A model generated the notes under the pieces. It did not search any database, was not told where the DNA came from, and saw only the letters and a list, made by a program, of their open reading frames with translations. From Candidatus Krumholzibacteriales bacterium (GTDB lineage: Bacteria > Krumholzibacteriota > Krumholzibacteriia > Krumholzibacteriales > WJIX01), in contig JAWODM010000002.1 in assembly GCA_046483305.1 (NCBI GenBank), positions 1-20,055 of the forward strand: DNA of 20,055 nt, read 5' to 3'. The position numbers were made by a program, and so were the translations under genes. Of the stretch, positions 1-7,119 are shown in pieces. Numbering within the stretch: position 1 is the stretch's first letter; each line of letters opens with the position of its first letter.

Positions 1-170
1 ATTTCAAGCTGCTCCAGATAGGATGGGTATACGATATCAACTTCGCCCCCTCAATGCGCAGAGTGCTGGAGCGGGGTTACCTGGAGCAACTTGCTTCTCT
101 GCTTCCTGAAAGTGAAGAGGTCGCGGAGGCGGTAAACGCCGCACTGGAGGAGGCGAGGCGGCGCTGCTGA
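1..170 (+). CDS. 3' end of a CDS truncated by the window edge, probably an HD-superfamily phosphohydrolase
   Basis: Not in the ORF track. Frame 3 is open from 3 to TGA at 168-170 and reads FKLLQIGWVYDINFAPSMRRVLERGYLEQLASLLPESEEVAEAVNAALEEARRRC*. The (D)FKLLQxxWVYDxNF motif resembles the C-terminus of a family of bacterial HD-domain proteins (from recall). The HD motif itself is outside the window. Confidence 0.5.
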   Translation, partial: FKLLQIGWVYDINFAPSMRRVLERGYLEQLASLLPESEEVAEAVNAALEEARRRC

Positions 171-223
171 TTATCCTGTTTTACGGATTCAGGGAGGTTT
201 TTACATTCTGTGTTCGGGGAGTT

Positions 224-1183
224 TTACCTGAAAGAGGGATATGATATCCCGAATCTGCGTCTGTAATACAGACGGGTCAGAAGAATCACCACCGCAAGAA
301 AGGGCAGGTACAGCCTGAAGGCGTAACCGGCCGCCACCGCGAATATCAGAGTGGCGGTCTTGGCTGGGAGGAGAACCCTTCCGGCGCTGTGCTTATCCTT
401 TCCGGCAAGCACCAGGTAGAAAGGCAGAGAGAATAGGACAGCGTAAAACGCTATACTGTTCTCCGTCAGGAACGCCGCCAGTAGCGCCGAAAGCATCAGC
501 AGTACCGAGGTTATCACACTCCAGTGCCTTCCCAGAAGAACGCCGCTTGTTCTCAGGCCGCAGCCGCGGTCTCCCTCCATGTCCGCCAGAGTGGTAACCA
601 GGTGAACGGAGGCGACTGCGAGTGGATAGGGAAGGAGCGCCTGTGGGTTTGAGATATCTGACCCCGCGGAAATACAACCCGCCAGGGGAGCAAGGAATCC
701 TATTCCGGCGCCGTTGGCGGCGATATCGAGCAGGCCCCTTCTCTTGAGCCGGACCGGCTCAATGGAATAAGCGGCCCCCAGGAGCAGGCTCAGAATCAGT
801 ATGATGTTGAATGCGGCCGGCATCAGGATTATGCCGATGGCGAAGGATATGGCGATGAGCGCGACCATTTCCATAACTGCCGCTCTTATAGTTATGATAC
901 CCCTGGGGAGAAGAAAGAGCTTGTCGTTTCTACGGTCCGATTCCCGGTCCGTTATCTGGTTGATGATGTAAACAGCCCCGATTAGAAGGGTGAAAGAAAT
1001 AAACCCGGCTATTATTCCCGGTGTATTAATTTCTCTCTCAGGTCCGACGGCGGAGTGATAGCCCCCCAGAAGGAAAAAGGACCAGACCGGGATCAGTATC
1101 ATGGGCCTGAGCAGAAAGAGGTAGTCGGCGGCAGACCGCCTCGTCTTTTCCACGGAGTAACCGCTCTCTATTCCCTGATCCAT
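224..1183 (-). CDS. UbiA-family intramembrane prenyltransferase
   Basis: About 8-9 hydrophobic segments. N-terminal LLRP, first Asp-rich motif NQITDRESD (NxxxDxxxD), YSxEPVRLK, second motif LADMEGDRGCGLRT. The ATG at 1183 overlaps the upstream gene by 16 nt; GTG at 1153 is an alternative start. Confidence 0.9.
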   Translation of the reverse strand: MDQGIESGYSVEKTRRSAADYLFLLRPMILIPVWSFFLLGGYHSAVGPEREINTPGIIAGFISFTLLIGAVYIINQITDRESDRRNDKLFLLPRGIITIRAAVMEMVALIAISFAIGIILMPAAFNIILILSLLLGAAYSIEPVRLKRRGLLDIAANGAGIGFLAPLAGCISAGSDISNPQALLPYPLAVASVHLVTTLADMEGDRGCGLRTSGVLLGRHWSVITSVLLMLSALLAAFLTENSIAFYAVLFSLPFYLVLAGKDKHSAGRVLLPAKTATLIFAVAAGYAFRLYLPFLAVVILLTRLYYRRRFGISYPSFR

Positions 1184-2919
1184 GATATCAAGTGCCGTTT
1201 TAATTTATTGGTGGTGGTCCTGGGAAGTTTGCCGTCGGTTATCTGGAAATCGCTGATTCGCTTGTAGTCCGTAAGTTCGGAATTAACCTCTTCAACCAGG
1301 CCCTTTATGATATCCCTGATCCTCTCTTCGGTCAGAGGTTTCTCGATAGCGCCGGAGGAATCCAGTGCGTTGTAGTCAGGGACTATTATCGCCCCGATGC
1401 GGGTGTTGCCCCTTCTGTCCTCGATCGGGATCACCGCGCATTCCAGGATATATTCGCTCTTCTCGAGCCTGGTTTCAAGTTCCGGCGGGTATATGTTCTT
1501 GCCGCCCGCAGTCAATATTACCGATTTCTTTCTGCCCTTTACGGTAAGGTATCCCTCTTCGTCGATACTTCCCAGGTCGCCGGTATACAGCCTGCCGTTC
1601 CTCAGTACTCTGGAGGTTTCTTCGGGATTGTTGAAATAACCCTTCATCACATTGGGGCCGTCCACTACTATTTCGCCGTTACCCTCCTCATCCGGGCTGT
1701 CAATGCTGACTTCCACTCCTGCCAGAGGAGGGCCCACCGTTCCCGGTTTGACCCTGTCCGGAGGATTCACGCTGACTACCGGGGACGCTTCGGTGAGGCC
1801 GTATCCCTGAAGCAGGTTCAGTCCCGAATTGATAAGGGCAATCTCTATGTCAGGCCTCAGGGGGGCCGCCCCGCTGATGCATATCCTGATGTTGCTGAAC
1901 ACTCTGTGAGCTTCCCCGCGGACTTTCTTCCTGCCCAGAATTCTGTTTACCGCCGATTTAATACCCCCGAACAGGCGGGAGAGGAGCCCCCGGTTTCCGG
2001 TTTGTTCCCTCCCGGCGCTCTTCATGATCTGCTCCAGCATATGCTCGAATATCAGAGGGACAGCAATCAGTACGGATATCTCTTCATTCCTGATATCTTC
2101 CATTATGATATTCGGTTTGATTGACCGGCAGAACACCACCGATGCCCCGCAGGCCAGAGGTGTGAGGAAGGCGCAGGTAGTTGAAAAGGTGTGGTAGAGA
2201 GGAAGCATGCACAGGAAATTGTCATTTTCCATAATCGGGATGGTATTTCTTATAGATTCAACATTGGCCAGAATATTCCTGTGCAGAAGAACTACTCCCT
2301 TCGGGGAACCGGTAGCTCCCGAAGTATAGCAGATCACCGCGGTATCCTCTCCTGAGATGGAGTTTCTTCTCTTGAAATAAGCTGAATCTCCGCCGTTGAT
2401 GGAATTCTTTCCCCTGGCCATTACTTCACCCAGCTGAAGGGTCCCTCCTTCTCTGCTGCCTTTGCTGCCCTCCTCAATCAGGATCACCCTGGTATCCTTG
2501 ATGTGCATCTGCCTGATCCTGTTTTCGTATATATCGGGATCGGTTACCAGGAACCTGCTTTCCGAATGCATCAGCAGGTGCCTGATCTCGTTTTCGTTGA
2601 GAGATGGATCCAGGGGTACAATAACTGCGTGGGCGGATGTGACTGCTCCGTATACAACCGGCCATTCGGGTGAATTGTTGGCTATGAGTATAACTTTATC
2701 TCCGGAATCCAGTCCTTCCTCCATTAAACCCGCTCCCAGGAATGAGACCAGCCGGTTGAACTCCTCGTAGTTGATGGACTGGTAACCCCAGGGATGCTTT
2801 TTCCTGAAGGCGGTATTCCGGCTCCAGTTCTTCGCGCCGAATTCAAACAGATCAGGTATCGTGTCGATTCCCTGTTTTTTCATCGATTCAGGTTTTGAAA
2901 TAGTCTTAACTTCTGACAT
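1168..2919 (-). CDS. Long-chain fatty-acid--CoA ligase (AMP-forming, FadD/COG1022-like)
   Basis: Adenylate-forming motifs ICYTSGATGSPKG, LPLYH, ISGAAPL, QGYGLTEASP, YTGDLG, GRKKSVILTAGGKNIYPPELE and LPRTTTNKLKR. ATG at 2919 preferred over TTG at 2922 because a GGGGGAGG RBS lies 6 nt upstream. Confidence 0.92.
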   Translation of the reverse strand: MSEVKTISKPESMKKQGIDTIPDLFEFGAKNWSRNTAFRKKHPWGYQSINYEEFNRLVSFLGAGLMEEGLDSGDKVILIANNSPEWPVVYGAVTSAHAVIVPLDPSLNENEIRHLLMHSESRFLVTDPDIYENRIRQMHIKDTRVILIEEGSKGSREGGTLQLGEVMARGKNSINGGDSAYFKRRNSISGEDTAVICYTSGATGSPKGVVLLHRNILANVESIRNTIPIMENDNFLCMLPLYHTFSTTCAFLTPLACGASVVFCRSIKPNIIMEDIRNEEISVLIAVPLIFEHMLEQIMKSAGREQTGNRGLLSRLFGGIKSAVNRILGRKKVRGEAHRVFSNIRICISGAAPLRPDIEIALINSGLNLLQGYGLTEASPVVSVNPPDRVKPGTVGPPLAGVEVSIDSPDEEGNGEIVVDGPNVMKGYFNNPEETSRVLRNGRLYTGDLGSIDEEGYLTVKGRKKSVILTAGGKNIYPPELETRLEKSEYILECAVIPIEDRRGNTRIGAIIVPDYNALDSSGAIEKPLTEERIRDIIKGLVEEVNSELTDYKRISDFQITDGKLPRTTTNKLKRHLISWIRE

Positions 2920-3152
2920 CAATTACCTCCCCCAAACCTCATGTTGGAGTAAAGTCAAATATTTACCTTTGTTTTCAATATAATATTAGCCAAATCTAAT
3001 GCTGAATACTAACAGTTTATAACTTAAATCAGAATACATTATTTTGTCCGCCGAATGAAGCACGATTTTAAGGGCGTTCAGCGCCGGCGGGAATAAAAAA
3101 TGCAATAAGTAATTTAGTGCACTATGTAATTATAGCAGCTTCAGGTATAAAC

Positions 3153-5705
3153 ATGAAACCATGGATTGGCCATAAGATTTTTTCAGTCGCCGGAGTGATT
3201 CTGCTGCTGGTCTCGCCAGGCGCGGAGTCCGGGGTAGAAGATAGGCCTGAATCCCCTGCCGGCAGAGGGATCCGCAACCATTCCAATCGGCAGGAAATCG
3301 AGCTGAAGGGTAAACTGTTTACGGAGCCGGCAGGCTCATCGGCTGAGCGGTATCTGAGCCCCGGCGGAAACTCCGGCCTTGAAGTGACAGGGCTTTTTGC
3401 ATCCTATCCTTGCAGAGCGGTATCCGCCCGTGGTGATACCGTTTACGCGGCTCTTGGAAAAGACTTGAAGATAATCGATTGTTCCGACCCTTCATCCCCT
3501 GAGGTTCTGGGGGCCTTTTCGTGTCCGGAAGTCATATATAATCTGAGGGTGGAGGGAAATTATGCTTATCTGGCCGGCGGGGACAGCGGCCTGAGGATTA
3601 TGGATATATCCAATCCCCTGGCCCCCGCTGAAACAGGTTTCTGCGATACCGCCGATTTCTGCTTTGACGTCGCTGTTTCCGGCAACCTTGCCTGTGTGGC
3701 CGACGCCGATTCCGGCCTGATGGTTCTTGATATCAGCGATCCCTCGTCTCCTTATAAAACCGGGGCTTATGATACCGGAGGGTTCACTTTCGGGGTCGCG
3801 GCCTCGGGAGAGTACGCCTACGCGGCGGACAACACCGGTGGGCTTCTGGTGATAGATATTTCAGACCCCTACAATCCTTATCCCGCCGGTTCCTGCGCCA
3901 CCGGGGGCTCCGCTGTTAACGTTACCGTTTCGGGGGATTACGCCTACGTGGCCGATGCCGGCAGCGGAATAAAAGTCGTCGACATATCCGATCCTTTATC
4001 TCCGGTTGAAACGGGGTCGTACTTTACGGGAGGAAACGCCTATTTTACCGCTTACCAGCCGGGGTATCTTTACGTGGCGGATGACTGGAACGGGCTGCGG
4101 GTGCTGGATATTTCCGACCCGGCCAATCCGGCGGAAGCAGGTTACCTTGATACACCCGGCAATTCTTATGTGGTCTCCGTTTCGGGAGATATTGCCTACG
4201 TGGCCGACGGGGAGGGAGGCTTCCGAATTGTCGATGTAACCGCCCCTTCCGTTCCTTTTGAGGTTGGTTATTACGACGCCATTGATCAGGCCCGGGAAAT
4301 AGCCGTTTCCGGGGGTTATATGTATGTGGCGGACTGGAGCTACGGGCTTCGAGTGATCGATATCTCAGACCTCTCCGCTCCCACCGGGGTGGGCACTTTC
4401 GACACCGGCGGCAAAGCTTCGGGTGTGGCATTGTCGGGAGGTTACGCATTCGTGGCGGACCGCGGCGAGGGGCTGAGGATTATAGATATATCAGACCCTG
4501 CCAGCCTCTCGGAGTCGGGATTCTTAGATACGCCCGGAATAGCGATGGGGGTCGCGGTGTCAGCAGGTTACGCATACGTTGCCGATGACTGGCAGGGCCT
4601 TCGGATAATAGATATTTCAGACCCGCGGAACCCGTCTGAGACAGGTTACTTCGATACTTCCGGGTATGCGGCCGCGGTGGCGGTGAGAAGTAATATGGCC
4701 TTTGTCGCGGATGAGGGAGCGGGATTGAGAATAATCGATGTAACTGATCCCGGCAATCCCTTCGAGGCAGGTTTCTACGATACCGGAGGCCGGGCTGTGG
4801 ATGTTGCCCTGTCCGGCGATTACGCACTGGTCGCGGATGAAGATTCAGGTTTGAGGATAATCGACATTTCGAATCCCGATAACCCCTCCGAAGCCGGATT
4901 TTATGATACGGCGGGAAGCGCCGTGGGGGTGGCTGTTTCAGGAGATATTGTATATGTAGCCGATTCACAGAGCGGACTTCAGGTGTTAGATATAGGGAAT
5001 GTTTCCAGCCCGGAGCTCATCCGCTCGCATCAGACTGAGGATTACGCCATGGGGGTTGTCCTGTACGGCGATTATGCCATGGTGGCTGCGAACCGTTACG
5101 GGATATATATCCTCTCTGTTGCGGGAGTGCCGGTATTTCTGACCAACTTTACAGCCGGGAGCGAACCTGACGGAATCAGGCTGCAGTGGAGTCTCAATTC
5201 CGCTGTTCGGTCATGCCGGCTGGAGAGAAGTATCGCCGGGATGGACAGCTGGACGCTGATCACCGGCCAGACAGGTTCCGGCCCCGCGGTGGACGGGTTC
5301 ATCAGTTTCAGTTATCTGGATAGTTCCGCCAGGCCGGGAGAGAAGTACAGTTACCGGCTGACAGTTACGGGTGACGGCGGCGAGACTGCAGTGCTGGGAA
5401 TGGTCAGCGCTGTATATACCCCTGAGCCCGGATCAATGAAAATGACCAGTTATCCCAATCCGTTCAACCCTGAGACATCTATAAAATTCGAACTCCCCAG
5501 GCGGCAGAGGGTTACCATACGTATTTATGACGCTGCCGGGAATATGGTCAGGGAGCTCTTCAGCGGAATCAAACCGGCCGGAGAGGGGCGGGCCAGATGG
5601 GACGGGACCACGGAAAACGGTTCTCCGGCGAGCTCCGGCCTCTATTTCTGCAGGTTGAGCGGGGAAGGGATAAGGCAGAGTGTGAAAATAATTCTTCTTC
5701 GCTAG
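3153..5705 (+). CDS. Secreted LVIVD-repeat beta-propeller protein with an Fn3/Ig-like domain and a C-terminal FlgD-Ig/T9SS-type-A-like sorting domain
   Basis: ATG at 3153 (CAGGT upstream) gives a signal peptide MKPWIGHKIFSVAGVILLLVSPGAES. It has 14 repeats of about 42 aa (VAVSGxYAYVADxxxGLRIIDISDPxxPxExGxxDT), a PVFLTNFTA linker and a tail SYPNPFNPETSIKF...IYDAAGNMVREL...WDG...SSGLYFCRL...KIILLR. Confidence 0.88.
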   Translation: MKPWIGHKIFSVAGVILLLVSPGAESGVEDRPESPAGRGIRNHSNRQEIELKGKLFTEPAGSSAERYLSPGGNSGLEVTGLFASYPCRAVSARGDTVYAALGKDLKIIDCSDPSSPEVLGAFSCPEVIYNLRVEGNYAYLAGGDSGLRIMDISNPLAPAETGFCDTADFCFDVAVSGNLACVADADSGLMVLDISDPSSPYKTGAYDTGGFTFGVAASGEYAYAADNTGGLLVIDISDPYNPYPAGSCATGGSAVNVTVSGDYAYVADAGSGIKVVDISDPLSPVETGSYFTGGNAYFTAYQPGYLYVADDWNGLRVLDISDPANPAEAGYLDTPGNSYVVSVSGDIAYVADGEGGFRIVDVTAPSVPFEVGYYDAIDQAREIAVSGGYMYVADWSYGLRVIDISDLSAPTGVGTFDTGGKASGVALSGGYAFVADRGEGLRIIDISDPASLSESGFLDTPGIAMGVAVSAGYAYVADDWQGLRIIDISDPRNPSETGYFDTSGYAAAVAVRSNMAFVADEGAGLRIIDVTDPGNPFEAGFYDTGGRAVDVALSGDYALVADEDSGLRIIDISNPDNPSEAGFYDTAGSAVGVAVSGDIVYVADSQSGLQVLDIGNVSSPELIRSHQTEDYAMGVVLYGDYAMVAANRYGIYILSVAGVPVFLTNFTAGSEPDGIRLQWSLNSAVRSCRLERSIAGMDSWTLITGQTGSGPAVDGFISFSYLDSSARPGEKYSYRLTVTGDGGETAVLGMVSAVYTPEPGSMKMTSYPNPFNPETSIKFELPRRQRVTIRIYDAAGNMVRELFSGIKPAGEGRARWDGTTENGSPASSGLYFCRLSGEGIRQSVKIILLR
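3411..5120 (+). repeat. 14 tandem coding LVIVD repeats with a period of about 126 bp
   Basis: Counted 13 full repeats plus 1 partial in the translation. Synonymous divergence is high, so these are protein repeats and not a CRISPR or satellite array. Confidence 0.9.
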
Positions 5706-5943
5706 TCCAGGTACCGGATATCTGTATTATCTTTCTTAAATCAGGTTAACTTTCTATTTTTTAACAATATGGCAGCCTGTTCTCTTTTGCGGCCACCACC
5801 CCTTTCAGGACTTTCCCCAGGAATTACCCGGGTATTCAGCTAACCACAAGTTATTCAGTGAGTTATTAATATCAACAAGTGGAATGGGCCTGTTTTTCTC
5901 TGGAGGGCAAAAATTGGGGAAACTCCACGAAAATCCCTTTAGA

Positions 5944-5972
5944 TTGACCAATATAAGGAATTATGTTATAAT
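5944..5972 (+). promoter_or_regulatory. Sigma70-type promoter for the alpha-glucan operon
   Basis: TTGACC (5944-5949), a 17-nt spacer and TATAAT (5967-5972), with an extended -10 TG at 5964-5965. It lies about 100 nt upstream of the ATG at 6077. Confidence 0.85.
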
Positions 5973-5981
5973 ATCGTTGGT

Positions 5982-6002
5982 GCATACTGTTCAACAGTGT
6001 GC
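5982..6002. promoter_or_regulatory. Near-perfect 21-bp palindrome just downstream of the predicted transcription start; candidate operator or 5' hairpin
   Basis: GCATACTGTT-C-AACAGTGTGC, with 9 of 10 arm positions complementary. The single mismatch would be a G-U pair in RNA. Confidence 0.5.
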
Positions 6003-6076
6003 CATTGAACTAAATCAGAGAAGGTGATTTAAGACCTTCAGTTATGGATAAGTAATTTTGAAAAGGGGGAATGGAA

Positions 6077-6913
6077 ATGAGTAAATTGTTAAAAGTTTTT
6101 GCCCTTTCTGTGATCTCGCTTTCCATGGCAACCGCATCGTACGGGGCTATCGGCTGGGCCGGAAATATCTGGCCTGTCGACGGCAATACCGTAACGGATA
6201 ATAGCAATGTGGATGTCTATTTTCAGATTTGGAAAGACGGAGTAACAGATCAGGCCGGACAGGGTGCGGGTATATCCGCGACTCTGTGGTATGGACTGGA
6301 TATGGCGGGGCCGTTCACTCCGGTCGCCATGGCCTACAACACCGACGTAGGCAGCAACGACGAGTATACGGGCCAGATTCCCAGTACCTATTTTCAGGGT
6401 GAGCCGGACGTATATTTTTACTGTACCGCCTACGATTCCACCGATGCGACCACTTATGAAGGGGCTCAGGACCAGAACAACAATGACCCGCCGTTTATGC
6501 TGAACATCACCAATGTGCTCAGCCAGGATGTTACTGTATGGTTCTCTCTTTGTCTGCCCGATTCGGTAGGAACCACCGGAGATGTCTGTGTGACTGGAAG
6601 CGCCGCGGAACTGACCAGCTGGGGGGACGGCGTGGTAATGTCTCAGCCCTGTCCCGAATACAGTCCAGAGTTCTATCAGGTCGGTATTACCTTTGCGGCT
6701 GGCGGCAATCCCTACATCGAGTTCAAGTACAAGAAGGATGGCTGCGCCACCTGGGAATCGACCGGCAATCATTCCGCTACTATCGACGATTCAAACTCCA
6801 CATACATACTGCCCATTGATCACTGGGAATTTTATGAAGGTGAGGATTGCCCGAACTGCGGAGTCGATAACGAGGAATCCAGCTGGGGCGCTGTTAAGAG
6901 CATTTACAGGTAA
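6077..6913 (+). CDS. Secreted non-catalytic starch-binding protein: amylopullulanase-associated beta-sandwich, CBM20-like domain and a short C-terminal SWGAVKSIYR tail
   Basis: The AGGGGGA RBS favours ATG 6077. Signal peptide ends ...ATASYG/A. The N-domain IGWAGN...VYFQIWKDGVT...GQG...YNTDVGSNDEY resembles an accessory domain of Firmicute amylopullulanases (from recall). CBM20 pattern: VxF...VCVTGSAAELTSW...IEFKYKK...WESTGNH. Confidence 0.75.
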   Translation: MSKLLKVFALSVISLSMATASYGAIGWAGNIWPVDGNTVTDNSNVDVYFQIWKDGVTDQAGQGAGISATLWYGLDMAGPFTPVAMAYNTDVGSNDEYTGQIPSTYFQGEPDVYFYCTAYDSTDATTYEGAQDQNNNDPPFMLNITNVLSQDVTVWFSLCLPDSVGTTGDVCVTGSAAELTSWGDGVVMSQPCPEYSPEFYQVGITFAAGGNPYIEFKYKKDGCATWESTGNHSATIDDSNSTYILPIDHWEFYEGEDCPNCGVDNEESSWGAVKSIYR

Positions 6914-6935
6914 TATTTAATATTGCTTGATATCA

Positions 6936-6981
6936 GGGAGGCATGCCTTCGCGGCTTTGCCGTGAAGGCGCCTCCCGGTTT
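6936..6981 (+). terminator. Strong intergenic stem-loop; partial terminator or mRNA-stabilising hairpin
   Basis: GGGAGGC-AT-GCCTTCGCGGC-TTT-GCCGTGAAGGC-GCCTCCC (6936-6976), followed only by GGTTT, a weak U-tract. It starts 22 nt after the stop at 6913. Confidence 0.6.
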
Positions 6982-7119
6982 AAGGATTATTGTCGGGAGC
7001 TCCGTGGGTTTTTTAAGGCCGGGCTCTCATATTATCAGGAAACCTGCCGTCTAAGAGCGGATTCCAGGTCCGGCTCCGGCTGCTTCGCTGTATTACTCCC
7101 ACAGAAGGAGTTAGACTCA

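Noticed and set aside
2934..3152. Divergent promoters in the AT-rich gap (TATAAT at 2979-2984)
   Set aside because: Promoters must exist here, but no correctly spaced -35 element could be assigned on either strand.
3411..5120. Periodic DNA that might be a CRISPR array or a diversity-generating repeat
   Set aside because: The repeats are in-frame and synonymously diverged, with no identical repeat-spacer structure and no cas or reverse transcriptase gene in the window.
5769..5843. 24-codon ORF MAACSLLRPPPLSGLSPGITRVFS in the intergenic gap
   Set aside because: No RBS, no motif, and a length expected by chance.
5853..5882. IHF-like sites ATTCAGTGAGTTA and TATCAACAAGTGG upstream of the promoter
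   Set aside because: Each has a mismatch to the degenerate WATCARNNNNTTR consensus in AT-rich DNA, so they cannot be distinguished from chance.
6943..7119. 59-codon N-terminal extension of the GH57 ORF, and similar extensions at 3117-3152 and 11459-11521
   Set aside because: The GH57 extension runs through the intergenic hairpin. Downstream ATGs (7120, 3153, 11522) have RBS-like sequences and place signal peptides at the N-terminus.
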